DNA of 64,000 nt, taken from Bacteriovoracia bacterium (GTDB lineage: Bacteria; Bdellovibrionota; Bacteriovoracia; Bacteriovoracales; Bacteriovoracaceae). Of this stretch, positions 1-9,930 are shown piece by piece. Under the pieces are notes generated by a model, which worked only from the letters and a program-made list of their open reading frames with translations, ran no database searches and had not been told where the DNA came from. Location of the stretch: NCBI GenBank assembly GCA_046570105.1, contig JBKHVI010000004.1:1-64000 (forward strand). Reading direction: 5' to 3'. Made by a program: the position numbers and the translations under genes. Position 1 is the stretch's first letter; each line of letters opens with the position of its first letter.

Positions 1-2
1 AA

Positions 3-284
3 AAAAATAACAAACGAACACTGGCCACTCGATTTGGCGAAGGCTTCATTCGTAAAATAATCGCTCTCGCCCTCTTTGCTCCTTACCTTCTAGGAATCGC
101 TTGGTGGCAGGAAACTCGCTTGGCAACACTATTGCCATTTGTCGCTCTACCGCTAGGAATTAAAATTTGGCAAGGTATTGCGTCGACTCCCCCTTCAAAG
201 GCCCTCAATGCTTTTTTAGGAAAAGCCTCGTTGCATTTATTGATTTTCGGAGTGCTCCTGTCGGTGGCGCTACTATGGAAATAA
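3..284 (+). CDS. menA: 1,4-dihydroxy-2-naphthoate prenyltransferase, 3' part (truncated by window start)
   Basis: Manual translation of frame 3: KNNKRTLATRFG...LLIFGVLLSVALLWK*, with the UbiA/MenA KRTLAxRxG motif and hydrophobic helices; stop overlaps the menC start. Confidence 0.8.
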   Translation, partial: KNNKRTLATRFGEGFIRKIIALALFAPYLLGIAWWQETRLATLLPFVALPLGIKIWQGIASTPPSKALNAFLGKASLHLLIFGVLLSVALLWK

Positions 285-1231
285 CTAAACTCGAATTCCA
301 TCATTATGTGCTCACTCCCAAGAGTGCTCCTAATCGTTTGAGCACGAACGCCTCACGGCCTGGGTGTTTGTTGCGCGTTCACTTTAAAGGACTCAAACAC
401 CCAGGCCATGCCGATCTTTTCCCTTGGCCTGAACTCGGTGATGAACCGCTCGCTCTACAAATTGAAGCTCTCAAAGAGGGCACGCCATGTAGTCTAGGTG
501 CGGCCTCGCTCGCCTGGGCCTATTATGAAGCGCAAGCAGTGGAACTAAATAAATCCCTTCTCACTGATAAAGCTTATCCTTCTCACATCACACTCACTGA
601 ACTCTGCGATCTGCCAACTGATACACCTCTGGCGAAAATTAAAATTTCATCGATTGAGTCTTCTATTTGGATGCCAATCGAAGAATTTATTCACAAACAT
701 CCCAAGACAAGATTTCGTCTCGATTTCAATGGACTCATACGCTCGATCGATGAAGCAAAACAATTCTGGACAGATGTATCCCCATCGACAAAAAAGCAAA
801 TTGATTTTCTAGAAGACCCCTACTCTCCAGAATTGATGGGTGATGAAGATGCTATGGAAGTGTTCGAAGGCACAAAGACAGCAGTGGATAGAACCCCTAC
901 GGTAGAGTCGATGGCACTGTCCAACTACTGGGTAGTGAAGCCAGTTTATTTTTCACCTGAATATCTTTTTTCAGAAGCTGACCAATTTTTTGGAAAAATT
1001 GCCATTACGAGCAATATGGATCACCCCTTGGGCCAGCTGATTGCTTTGCATGCAGCTCAGAAAATTGCGAAGCATCTTATCCCCGGTGGATTACTGACGC
1101 AGGATCTTTACCTTGATCATGATGCAAAAAAAATTATTAAGACCCAAGGAGTAAATCTACTCCCTACTTATTCTGGGGCCGGATGGGGCTGTCGTGACTA
1201 TCTAGCAACGCTCAGCTGGAGTGACCAGTGA
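275..1231 (+). CDS. menC: o-succinylbenzoate synthase (enolase superfamily)
   Basis: KxK (AKIKI), RLDFNG, FLEDP motifs; lies between menA and menE. Start moved to ATG 275, which overlaps the end of menA. Confidence 0.8.
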   Translation: MEITKLEFHHYVLTPKSAPNRLSTNASRPGCLLRVHFKGLKHPGHADLFPWPELGDEPLALQIEALKEGTPCSLGAASLAWAYYEAQAVELNKSLLTDKAYPSHITLTELCDLPTDTPLAKIKISSIESSIWMPIEEFIHKHPKTRFRLDFNGLIRSIDEAKQFWTDVSPSTKKQIDFLEDPYSPELMGDEDAMEVFEGTKTAVDRTPTVESMALSNYWVVKPVYFSPEYLFSEADQFFGKIAITSNMDHPLGQLIALHAAQKIAKHLIPGGLLTQDLYLDHDAKKIIKTQGVNLLPTYSGAGWGCRDYLATLSWSDQ

Positions 1232-2358
1232 AAAGACTTCATCTACTTGGATATCAAAGTACTGAATTACCTCAAGACTTTTGGCAAACAAGTCATTGTG
1301 AAATTCTCATTCTGGATCGTTGGGCCAGAGAGCGACAAGATGAAGTTACACTCCTAAAAGAAAAACTCCCTGAACTGAAAAATCACGTATGGCTCTCAAC
1401 TTCTGGAACGCTTGCGCAACCTGGCAGCAGCAAATGGATTTCACTTTCAAAAGAAGCTATTCTTGCGAGTGCCTATGCCGTGAATCTACATCTCTCAATT
1501 CAAAAAAATCAAATTTGGGGCCTCTCGCTTCCGCTCGCTCATGTGGGAGGACTTGGAATAATTGCTCGCGCACAATTGCTTGGTCAAAAAGTCATCTCTC
1601 TGCAAAAAGAGCGCTGGCGGCCGGAGCAAGTTGCAAGTGCAATCTGGGACGGCCACTGGCTCTCTCTTGTCCCTACTCAGTTACACGATATCGTGTCAAA
1701 AAAACTCGCTCCACCTGCAAGCCTACAAGGCGTCATACTAGGTGGTGATCGTCTTGATGAAAGCTTGCGTCTTGCTGCTCTTAAGTTGGGATGGCCAGTT
1801 CTTCCATCTTTTGGTCTCACTGAGTTTGCCTCACAAGTGGCAACTGCGACTCATCCAAGTGACTCACGTTTAAAAATTCTTTCTCATGCTCAGTTGCGTG
1901 TTGATACAGACGAGAAGCTATGGATCAAAGGCGCAGCACTTTTTACAGGCATTGCTGAGCTTAAAAATGATCAATTCAGCTATCAAGAAAGAACTAATGA
2001 GTGGTGGGGAACACAGGATCGCGCTGAAATAAGTGGAGATTATCTTTCTATTAAAGGAAGACTTGATACTGTCGTAAAAATTCGTGGTGAGAAGGTAGAT
2101 ATAGCAGCTTTGGAAAAACTACTCACAACTCAAATAAACTCACCTATGCTTATTATTCCCTTACTCCATGAAAGAGATGGTGCTGAATTATGGTGCGTTT
2201 GTGAGAAGGAATTTAAAATTGAGCAGCTCAATCAAAATCTTCTCCCTCATCAAAAAATCAAGGGACTTAAAGTTTTAGATTCAATTCCTCGTACAGAATT
2301 AGGTAAGATTCGTCGAGGCGAAGTTCGTGACTGGCTAGCAGCGGAGCTAAAAAGGTAG
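1228..2358 (+). CDS. menE: o-succinylbenzoate-CoA ligase (AMP-binding enzyme)
   Basis: STSGT..SK P-loop, LPLAHVGG, SFGLTE, TQD, GRLD, GKI motifs; operon context. Confidence 0.85.
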   Translation: MKRLHLLGYQSTELPQDFWQTSHCEILILDRWARERQDEVTLLKEKLPELKNHVWLSTSGTLAQPGSSKWISLSKEAILASAYAVNLHLSIQKNQIWGLSLPLAHVGGLGIIARAQLLGQKVISLQKERWRPEQVASAIWDGHWLSLVPTQLHDIVSKKLAPPASLQGVILGGDRLDESLRLAALKLGWPVLPSFGLTEFASQVATATHPSDSRLKILSHAQLRVDTDEKLWIKGAALFTGIAELKNDQFSYQERTNEWWGTQDRAEISGDYLSIKGRLDTVVKIRGEKVDIAALEKLLTTQINSPMLIIPLLHERDGAELWCVCEKEFKIEQLNQNLLPHQKIKGLKVLDSIPRTELGKIRRGEVRDWLAAELKR

Positions 2359-2365
2359 AGAAACT

Positions 2366-2953
2366 ATGGATAAAATCATCTGTCTTGGAAAAAATTATAA
2401 GGCCCATGCCGAAGAGATGAAAGAAGCTCTTCCTGAAAAGCCGGTATTATTTCTTAAACCACCATCGTGCTTAACTGAACTTAAAGACAACGGATCACTG
2501 CAGCTTCCTTGGAGTCGCGGAACGATTCATCACGAATGTGAAGTTGTACTAAAACTTTATAAGAAAAACGTAATCGCAGTCGGTCTGGGCCTTGATCTCA
2601 CTCTGAGAGATCTACAGAAAGAGCTCAAAACTAAAGGCCACCCATGGGAGATTAGTAAAAGCTTTAAGCATAGTGCGCTTATTGCTCCCTTGGTCGGCCA
2701 GCGTGACTTTGCTGATTGGCGAGAAGCGCCTTTTCGCTTGAAAGTGAATGGAGAAATTCGCCAGGAAGCTACATTAAAGGATGCACTTTTCTCCCCAGAT
2801 CAAGCGATCCTTCATGCCAATGATTTCTTCCCAATCTGCGATGGAGACTTAGTCTTTACCGGAACTCCCGAAGGCGTAGGACCTCTCGCTCCCTGGGACA
2901 CCATCACTCTAGAATGGGGCCCAATCAATTTGACTACGAGGTTAGTAGAATGA
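2366..2953 (+). CDS. Fumarylacetoacetate hydrolase family protein
   Basis: ICLGKNY..HAEEM, PVLFLKP, HHECE, DLTLRD, GDLVFTGTPEGVG. Confidence 0.9.
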   Translation: MDKIICLGKNYKAHAEEMKEALPEKPVLFLKPPSCLTELKDNGSLQLPWSRGTIHHECEVVLKLYKKNVIAVGLGLDLTLRDLQKELKTKGHPWEISKSFKHSALIAPLVGQRDFADWREAPFRLKVNGEIRQEATLKDALFSPDQAILHANDFFPICDGDLVFTGTPEGVGPLAPWDTITLEWGPINLTTRLVE

Positions 2954-3120
2954 GTGATCATCAATTACATGACATCAAAAATCTACTGCATCGATTGGAA
3001 TTGATGGCAAAACTTTTGGCCAATAAAGATTTTCAAACATTTAGTGAGAATGAAATTCGCGAAGACGTCAAAAACGATCTGGGCCAACTCACAAAACTAT
3101 TTTCGGAGTTAGGCAATTAG
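2950..3120 (+). CDS. Small 56-aa hypothetical protein with HisKA/H-box-like HDIKNLL segment
   Basis: ATG overlaps the upstream stop (ATGA); helical, fills the gap to the convergent apaG. Confidence 0.6.
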   Translation: MSDHQLHDIKNLLHRLELMAKLLANKDFQTFSENEIREDVKNDLGQLTKLFSELGN

Positions 3121-3536
3121 TAGCGATCGATTAAATCGTCAGGAACTTGGAATCTGAAAACCGGTGTGGTGATTTCAAAAGTTTCACCATTCACACCTAG
3201 CATCTCAAAGTGTCCCCACATTTTTCCAGTTAACGTCGGCAAAGGACAAAAGCTCGCGTACTCAAAAGCTTCACCCGATTTAAAATGCGGCGTATGCCCG
3301 ACAACTCCAGGTCCCTTCACTTGGCGGACTTCGCCTTTCGCATCCTGAATATGCCAGGTACGAGTCAGTAATTGAGCGTGAACTCCCCGGACATTTTTGA
3401 TGGTGACGGTGTATTGAAATAGAAACTGGCCCTGTAGCGGATTTGAGCGCGTGAAATCAAATTCGGTTTTCACCTCAACGCGATAACCATGGCTTTCTTC
3501 AATATAGAGCGGTGAATCTGTCGACATAGGGAACAT
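3117..3536 (-). CDS. apaG: ApaG domain protein
   Basis: FQYTVTIKN, QLLTRTWHI.D, V.GPGVVG..P, FEY.SFCPL.T..G.M.G motifs. Confidence 0.93.
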   Translation of the reverse strand: MFPMSTDSPLYIEESHGYRVEVKTEFDFTRSNPLQGQFLFQYTVTIKNVRGVHAQLLTRTWHIQDAKGEVRQVKGPGVVGHTPHFKSGEAFEYASFCPLPTLTGKMWGHFEMLGVNGETFEITTPVFRFQVPDDLIDRY

Positions 3537-3575
3537 CTTCCTGTTGTTCCCTATTATAACTCAAAACGGCTTAGC

Positions 3576-4418
3576 TTAGAAAGTCGTGAGCGTTATATTT
3601 GATACATCTTGAGCAGTTGTGCGGTCTGACACTTCACCATTTTTATCGATAGTGAAAAGCTTAGCATCCTGGGTCAAAAAGTAGTTATGACCGGTTTTCG
3701 AGATGTTGCCAAAATTGCTAACCGGGCCACGGTCAGAGATCACACCATCTTCAGCAATGGTATAGAGCTTGCCGAGTGCCACAAAAAATACGCCACCCTT
3801 TGTCGTAATTGTACTCATGCGTCCGGTTAGCTCTGTTTTACTGTAAACAAAACCTTCACGAGATACAGTGAAGACTCCACCGTTTGAATCAGTAAACCAG
3901 TTGTTACCACCATTTGAAATTTTAGCAGGATCAAGTTCAGGTACGACGACTTCAACAACTTGACCACGATCAGTAATGACTACAAGTTTCGCTGGTTCGC
4001 GGCGTCCGCCTTCAACTACAAAATAAGTCCCACCCGTCACTATTGGCTTGCGATAATCTCTATTCGCTTCACCTTTATAGAGCATGCCCTGACGATCAAA
4101 TGACCAAATCGTACCGTCAGATTCAGCAAAGTAGTTATAGCCCGAAAACTTAACTTTTTTGGGAGCTTCAAATTCTTTGGGATCGAGACGGTAGAAGAAA
4201 CCTTTCTCATCGATCGTCGTAATCACACGCTTGTCGCTCACATAAAACATTCCACCCTTAACGGTGATCATATAAGGGAGGATGAATTGATTATTGTTAT
4301 AAACCAGTCCGTCTTGGTCGACGTTATAAACGACTCCATTCGAGCGTACCATGTAAGACTGGGCCCCAGCTGAAGCAGCGATCAATAAACCTGCGACAAT
4401 TGTAGTTAAACGTTTCAT
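3576..4418 (-). CDS. Secreted beta-repeat (probable beta-propeller) protein
   Basis: GGAGG SD before ATG 4418; signal peptide (ASAGA-QS); about 7 repeats of G.xYF...G.(I/L)xT(I/V)D..G. Confidence 0.75.
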   Translation of the reverse strand: MKRLTTIVAGLLIAASAGAQSYMVRSNGVVYNVDQDGLVYNNNQFILPYMITVKGGMFYVSDKRVITTIDEKGFFYRLDPKEFEAPKKVKFSGYNYFAESDGTIWSFDRQGMLYKGEANRDYRKPIVTGGTYFVVEGGRREPAKLVVITDRGQVVEVVVPELDPAKISNGGNNWFTDSNGGVFTVSREGFVYSKTELTGRMSTITTKGGVFFVALGKLYTIAEDGVISDRGPVSNFGNISKTGHNYFLTQDAKLFTIDKNGEVSDRTTAQDVSNITLTTF

Positions 4419-4526
4419 GGCCACCTCCGAATTTTTTGGATAGCCAGGTATACCGTTAAAATACGTTCACCTGAGAAAAAGTGTAACTTTTTCAGGGGGA
4501 ATTCCTAAAATGGACATTTTAGACAG

Positions 4527-4973
4527 CTATTTAGCGGGTTTAAAGTCGAGCGCAACCGAGTTTATACACCAGCGTTTCCCCGAAGGCTTCGGACCATCAT
4601 CAAAAACATGTCCGAGGTGAGAGTCGCATTTCCCACAGCGCACCTCTACTCGATGCATGTTAAAGGCATAGTCATCAATCAGTTTGACGTGCTTGGAGTC
4701 CATCACATCTGCAAAACTAGGCCAGCCTGAACCACTATCAAATTTTGTAGTAGAAGCGAATAACTCCTGCCCACAAGCAACACAGGTATATGTGCCCTTT
4801 TCGTAGTGCTTATTATACTTCCCAGAGAAAGGAGATTCTGTGCCACCTAATCGGCATATGCGATACTGTTCAGGATCAAGCTTTTCTTTGTAGGGATCTT
4901 TTTGTGATGACATGTTTGCCTCCTGACTACTTAAACCGATTGCCGTTAAAACCGATGCCACAATGTTTTTCAT
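4527..4973 (-). CDS. msrB: Peptide-methionine (R)-S-oxide reductase
   Basis: GTE.PF.G, YxCxx[35 protein letters not shown]. Confidence 0.97.
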   Translation of the reverse strand: MKNIVASVLTAIGLSSQEANMSSQKDPYKEKLDPEQYRICRLGGTESPFSGKYNKHYEKGTYTCVACGQELFASTTKFDSGSGWPSFADVMDSKHVKLIDDYAFNMHRVEVRCGKCDSHLGHVFDDGPKPSGKRWCINSVALDFKPAK

Positions 4974-5008
4974 AATGCTATCCTATGTTCATCCGGAGTG
5001 GTTGTCCC

Positions 5009-5884
5009 ATGAGTTCATTTTCTGTCTATATCTTGGCCCTGGCGGCCAATCTGTTTTTTAGCACTGCCAGCTTAGTATTTTCCGTCTACGCTAAGAAGTT
5101 TTCTGCCTGGTGGATTAATCAAGTTAAGGTCGCCATCGCTATTTTACTCTTCGGCGCTGCTACTTGGTATACGGGGCTCACCCCCATTTCTGTGACGGCC
5201 TTAAGTTTCCTCATGTTAAGCGGCTTTATAGGCCTGTGTATTGGCGATCTCTTTCTTTTTAGGGCCTATACCACTCTGGGAGCAGGGCGCTCCTTGGTGC
5301 TTTTTAGTTTTCAGCCACTACTACTCGGCGTTTATGGCTGGTTTTTTCTTTCGCAGACTTTTAATACCGCGCAAGTGCTCGCGGTGCTTTGTATGGTCGC
5401 TTGCTTAGGTGTTTTCTTACTCGAAAGAAATAAACTCACCGGTCAGTGGGATTTGCGCAGTTTTCTTTGGGCCTTTACCGGCATTGCACTCGACGCTATT
5501 GGTGTAATGCTCACAAGACAGGCCTACGAACTCACTCCTGCGATGGAAACCATGCAAGTGAATCTCATTCGTTGTGCGGGCGCGATGCTTGGTTTCCTGA
5601 TCATTCGTCCAAAAGGACTGGCACAAGTCGTAAGAGATATCGCTGTGATGAAGCCGAGAGAGAAATTTCTCGTCATCATCGCTTGTGTCTGCGGAACATT
5701 TATTTCCCTCTCGCTATATTTGACCGCTCTTAAATATGCTCATGTGGCTTCGTTAACTGCCGTCGCGATAACAGGACCAGTCTGGGTTTCTCTACTAGAG
5801 TGTATTTGGGAGAAGAAACTTCCGAATCGTTATCTCACCACAGCATTTTTATTTTTTATCCTTGGGTTTTATTTGATGTCCTGA
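5009..5884 (+). CDS. DMT/EamA family transporter
   Basis: About 10 hydrophobic helices in two EamA-like halves; GGAG SD before ATG 5009. Confidence 0.85.
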   Translation: MSSFSVYILALAANLFFSTASLVFSVYAKKFSAWWINQVKVAIAILLFGAATWYTGLTPISVTALSFLMLSGFIGLCIGDLFLFRAYTTLGAGRSLVLFSFQPLLLGVYGWFFLSQTFNTAQVLAVLCMVACLGVFLLERNKLTGQWDLRSFLWAFTGIALDAIGVMLTRQAYELTPAMETMQVNLIRCAGAMLGFLIIRPKGLAQVVRDIAVMKPREKFLVIIACVCGTFISLSLYLTALKYAHVASLTAVAITGPVWVSLLECIWEKKLPNRYLTTAFLFFILGFYLMS

Positions 5885-5942
5885 CCTTGTGGCTGGCCGA
5901 TTCGTACACATCTTAGGTGTGTAGCTAATCGACCAGGAGGTC
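5883..5942 (+). promoter_or_regulatory. Long leader hairpin covering the AGGAGG SD of the downstream small ORF
   Basis: Pairings gacct/aggtc, ctgg/ccag, cgatt/aatcg, tacaca/tgtgta; SD at 5935-5940 lies in the 3' arm. Confidence 0.5.
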
Positions 5943-5945
5943 TTG

Positions 5946-6098
5946 ATGATCAAGCCGATCTCAATAAAAAAGTTCTTCCTGGCCAGTGGCGGCAAACTGG
6001 TTTCCATTCCGGGTGATGGAATCCAGCGCGTTGTCCGCCAAATGGTCAAGCAATCCCGCCCCACCCGCGTTGCCAAAAAGAAGCGCCCATCTCTATGA
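5946..6098 (+). CDS. Small basic protein, 50 aa (MIKPISIKKFFLASGGKLVSIPGDGIQRVVRQMVKQSRPTRVAKKKRPSL)
   Basis: AGGAGG 5 nt before ATG; open for 50 codons; 13 K/R versus 1 D; stop lies within a GC hairpin. Not in the ORF track. Confidence 0.6.
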   Translation: MIKPISIKKFFLASGGKLVSIPGDGIQRVVRQMVKQSRPTRVAKKKRPSL

Positions 6099-6108
6099 GA
6101 GGGGCGCT
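6076..6108. terminator. Terminator-like hairpin
   Basis: agcgccc-a-tctc/gaga-g-gggcgct stem; T-tract only on the minus strand (TCTTTTT). Confidence 0.5.
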
Positions 6109-6209
6109 CTCCTCAACAGAATTTGTTAAGTTGCGGAAATTCCAAGAATAGACTTGTAAGAATTCTAAATAAATAATACTCTACCTCCTCACTTCCCAGG
6201 AGATCTAGA

Positions 6210-9200
6210 GTGACCCCAAACGTATTTAACGAACTGGCTAAACGCGTCCTCGTTCTCGATGGCGCTATGGGCACGATGATTCAAAGATATAATCTCACTG
6301 AAGAAGATTATCGCGGCACACGCTTCAAAGATTTTCCACGTCCACTCAAAGGTAATAACGATCTTTTAGTTCTCACACGTCCCGATGTGATCACAGAAAT
6401 TCATCGCAAATATCTTGAGGCCGGCGCTGATATTTTAGAGACTAACACTTTTAGTGCGCAAAAAATTTCCATGGCCGACTACGAGATGGAAGAGCTCTGT
6501 GACGAGATCAATCGCGTGTCAGCTCAGCAGGCACGAGCCTTATGTGATGAATTCACAAAGAAGAATCCAGCCAAACCACGCTTTGTGGCTGGCTCAATAG
6601 GACCCACAACTAAAACAGCTTCACTTTCTCCCGATGTGAATAATCCTGGTTTTCGCGCAGTTGATTTTGATGAATTGAAAAATGCTTATAAAGAACAAAT
6701 CGCGGCACTGGTTGAAGGTGGCGTAGATATTCTTTTAGTTGAAACCATCTTTGATACATTGAATGCCAAGGCGGCGCTCTTTGCCATCAGTGAATATTTT
6801 AAAGAAACCAAGCAAGAACCATTACCGATTATGGTTTCTGGAACGATTACCGATCAATCAGGCCGCACTCTATCTGGCCAGACAGTGGAAGCTTTCTTGT
6901 ACTCAGTATCTCATCTTCCGCTTATGTCGATTGGACTTAACTGTGCGCTCGGTGCTGAACTCATGCGCCCTTATGTGGAAGTACTCGCTGCTAAATCTCC
7001 GTTTCACGTTTCTATTTATCCCAATGCAGGACTTCCGAATCAGTTTGGCCAGTATGACGAAACTCCGGCCTACACCGCAAAAATCGTCAATGAGTTCATG
7101 CAAAACAAATGGCTCAACATTGTTGGCGGTTGTTGTGGCACAACTGATTCTCACATCCGCGCAATCGCGGATGCTGCTGCCAGTGCGCCTCCTCGCCCCC
7201 TTCCCAAAAAAGAATTTATTCCTAAATGGTCTGGCCTTGAGCCGCTGACACTTTTCCCTGGATCCAACTTCATCAACGTGGGTGAACGCACTAACGTCAC
7301 CGGCTCTATCGTCTTCAAAAAAATGATTCAAGAGAATCGCATGGAAGACGCTCTCAAAGTGGCCCGTGAGCAAGTTGAAAACGGTGCCCAGCTCATCGAC
7401 ATAAACTTTGATGATGGCATGATTGAATCAGAAGAAGTGATGGTAAATTTCTTAAACCTCATTGCTGCAGAACCTGACATTGCGCGTGTTCCAGTGATGA
7501 TCGATAGCTCAAAATGGTCAGTTCTTGAAGCAGGCCTTAAGCGGGTGCAAGGTAAATGCGTTGTTAACTCACTCTCATTAAAAGATGGTGAAGCCCTCTT
7601 CATTGAGCGCGCCAAACTTGTTCGTCAGTATGGTGCTGCCGTTGTCATCATGGCCTTTGATGAAAAAGGTCAGGCCGATACCTATGAGAAGCGCATTCAG
7701 ATTTGTGAGAGAGCTTATAAGCTTTTAACTGAAAAAGCCGACTTCCCACCGGAAGATATTATTTTTGATCCAAACGTTCTGACTGTTGGAACAGGGATGG
7801 AGGAGCACGCTAACTACGCGATTGATTTCTTTAAAGCGGTTCGCTGGATTAAAACCAATCTACCTTACGTTCGCACGAGTGGTGGTATTTCAAACGTATC
7901 CTTTTCATTTAGAGGAAATAACGTTCTTCGCGAGGCCATCCACTCAGCATTCTTATTCCATGCTGTCCGTGAAGGCCTGGATATGGGAATCGTAAATGCG
8001 GGAGCACTGCCAATTTACGATGATATCCCAAAAGATATGCTTGAGCGCATTGAAGACGTTCTTCTTAATCGTCGCGAAGACGCCACTGAACGACTGATTA
8101 CTTTCGCTCAAGGCATGACGGCAACGAAGGGTGCTGCTAAAGTTGAAGATCTCGCTTGGCGCGCGCTACCAGTCGAAGAGCGTTTGGCGCATTCTCTTGT
8201 CAAAGGCATTGCTGATTTTGCCGAAGTTGATGCTGAAGAAGCACGCCAAAAATATCCTAAACCCCTTCATGTTATCGAAGGTCCTTTGATGGATGGCATG
8301 AGCATCGTGGGTGATCTCTTTGGTGCAGGAAAAATGTTTCTTCCTCAAGTCGTAAAGAGCGCGCGAGTGATGAAGAAAGCAGTCGCTTATTTGCAACCTT
8401 TCATCGAGAAAGAGCAGGCCGGCCAAAAAGCTCAGAAACAAGGAAAGATTCTCCTCGCTACTGTTAAAGGAGACGTTCACGATATCGGAAAAAATATTGT
8501 TGGTGTGGTGCTCGCTTGTAACAACTGGGACGTCATCGATTTAGGTGTGATGGTTCCTTGTGAAAAGATTTTAGAAGAAGCCAAGAAGCATGAAGTCGAT
8601 ATGATCGGCCTTTCAGGTCTCATTACTCCAAGTCTTGATGAGATGATTCATGTGGCAAAAGAGATGGAGCGCACTGGTTTCAAAGTTCCACTATTGATTG
8701 GTGGGGCGACCACATCACGTCTGCATACTGCCGTTAAAATCGCACCTTCATTTAATGGCGTGGTCGTTCATGTCGCCGATGCTTCACGCTCTGTACCGGT
8801 CGCAGAAAAGCTCAAGACTGAAAAAGCGCGCGATATCTTTGTAAAAGAGATTAATGCTGAATACGCAGAGATGAGAGAGCACCATCAAGCACAGCAAAAA
8901 GAAGAAAGATGGCTCTCTCTAGAAGATGCCCGCGCTAATCGTGTACGTCTCAATTGGGATACTCAGAAACCAGTTAGACCAAGCCAGCTCGGTGTGCATG
9001 TGATTAAGGACATTCCTCTCGAAACTCTGCGCACCTATATCGATTGGACTCCGTTCTTTCACACTTGGCGCTTGAAGGGTACTTATCCAAAAATTCTTAA
9101 AGACCCAGAAATGGGCGTTGAAGCCACGAAACTCTTCAATGACGCTCAGAAGATGCTTGATGATCTTTGTCGCACCAAAGCGCTCAAAGCGAATGCTGTG

Positions 9201-9923
9201 TATGGCATTTTTCCGGCCACAGGTCAGGGAGATGATATCGCTATCCATGCTTGGGATCATAAAAACGTCCCCTGCGATAAGCACGGCAGCCATCCTCATT
9301 TCTCAGAAGATCGCTCGCGTACACTCGTCACTCTTAATATGCTCCGAACTCAGCGCCAGATGCAGGATGCGGCATCTCCAAACTCGTGCCTTGCTGACTT
9401 TGTCGCTCCCAAAGATGACTTTATGGGCGCCTTCTGTGTCACGGCCGGTATTGGTCTAGAAGAGTTGTGCAAAAAATATGATCAAGACCAAGATGACTAC
9501 CAAGGCATTCTAATCCGCGCACTCGCAGATCGTCTTGCCGAAGCAACGGCTGAATGGATGCATTTGCGTCTCAGAAAAGAATTCTGGGGTTATGCGGCCC
9601 TTGAAAATCTCTCTCATGAAGATCTCGTTAAAGAGAAATACCAAGGTATTCGTCCGGCACCTGGTTACTCGGCTTGTCCAGACCACACGGAGAAGAAAAA
9701 GCTATTTCAACTCCTGGATGCTGAAGCCAATATTGGTGTGAAGTTGACTCATTCCATGGCGATGACTCCAACAGCTTCTGTGAGTGGTTGGTACTTTGCT
9801 CACCCAGAGGCACGCTATTTTAATGTTGGAAAAATTCAAGAAGATCAATTAAAAGACTATGCTCGTCGCAAAGGTATGACTGAGACAGAAGCTCGTTCAT
9901 GGCTTTCGGCTAATTTGCTCTGA
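6210..9923 (+). CDS. metH: Cobalamin-dependent methionine synthase
   Basis: [34 protein letters not shown] (B12-binding), [15 protein letters not shown] before GTG. Confidence 0.98.
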   Translation: MTPNVFNELAKRVLVLDGAMGTMIQRYNLTEEDYRGTRFKDFPRPLKGNNDLLVLTRPDVITEIHRKYLEAGADILETNTFSAQKISMADYEMEELCDEINRVSAQQARALCDEFTKKNPAKPRFVAGSIGPTTKTASLSPDVNNPGFRAVDFDELKNAYKEQIAALVEGGVDILLVETIFDTLNAKAALFAISEYFKETKQEPLPIMVSGTITDQSGRTLSGQTVEAFLYSVSHLPLMSIGLNCALGAELMRPYVEVLAAKSPFHVSIYPNAGLPNQFGQYDETPAYTAKIVNEFMQNKWLNIVGGCCGTTDSHIRAIADAAASAPPRPLPKKEFIPKWSGLEPLTLFPGSNFINVGERTNVTGSIVFKKMIQENRMEDALKVAREQVENGAQLIDINFDDGMIESEEVMVNFLNLIAAEPDIARVPVMIDSSKWSVLEAGLKRVQGKCVVNSLSLKDGEALFIERAKLVRQYGAAVVIMAFDEKGQADTYEKRIQICERAYKLLTEKADFPPEDIIFDPNVLTVGTGMEEHANYAIDFFKAVRWIKTNLPYVRTSGGISNVSFSFRGNNVLREAIHSAFLFHAVREGLDMGIVNAGALPIYDDIPKDMLERIEDVLLNRREDATERLITFAQGMTATKGAAKVEDLAWRALPVEERLAHSLVKGIADFAEVDAEEARQKYPKPLHVIEGPLMDGMSIVGDLFGAGKMFLPQVVKSARVMKKAVAYLQPFIEKEQAGQKAQKQGKILLATVKGDVHDIGKNIVGVVLACNNWDVIDLGVMVPCEKILEEAKKHEVDMIGLSGLITPSLDEMIHVAKEMERTGFKVPLLIGGATTSRLHTAVKIAPSFNGVVVHVADASRSVPVAEKLKTEKARDIFVKEINAEYAEMREHHQAQQKEERWLSLEDARANRVRLNWDTQKPVRPSQLGVHVIKDIPLETLRTYIDWTPFFHTWRLKGTYPKILKDPEMGVEATKLFNDAQKMLDDLCRTKALKANAVYGIFPATGQGDDIAIHAWDHKNVPCDKHGSHPHFSEDRSRTLVTLNMLRTQRQMQDAASPNSCLADFVAPKDDFMGAFCVTAGIGLEELCKKYDQDQDDYQGILIRALADRLAEATAEWMHLRLRKEFWGYAALENLSHEDLVKEKYQGIRPAPGYSACPDHTEKKKLFQLLDAEANIGVKLTHSMAMTPTASVSGWYFAHPEARYFNVGKIQEDQLKDYARRKGMTETEARSWLSANLL

Positions 9924-9930
9924 GGATAAT

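Noticed and set aside
167..274. N-terminal extension of menC in the ORF track
   Set aside because: Overlaps the menA coding frame; ATG 275 is the coupled start
5849..6076. 75-aa minus-strand ORF
   Set aside because: No SD, overlaps eamA, and is antisense to a better supported plus-strand ORF
5884..6209. SAM-I/II, SAH, cobalamin or c-di-GMP riboswitch, 6S RNA or SRP RNA upstream of metH
   Set aside because: Only short fragments resemble these (GGCAAAC, GCCACTG, GAGGGGCGCT). The required cores are missing by eye, and an SD-led ORF explains the region better. An Infernal search would settle it.
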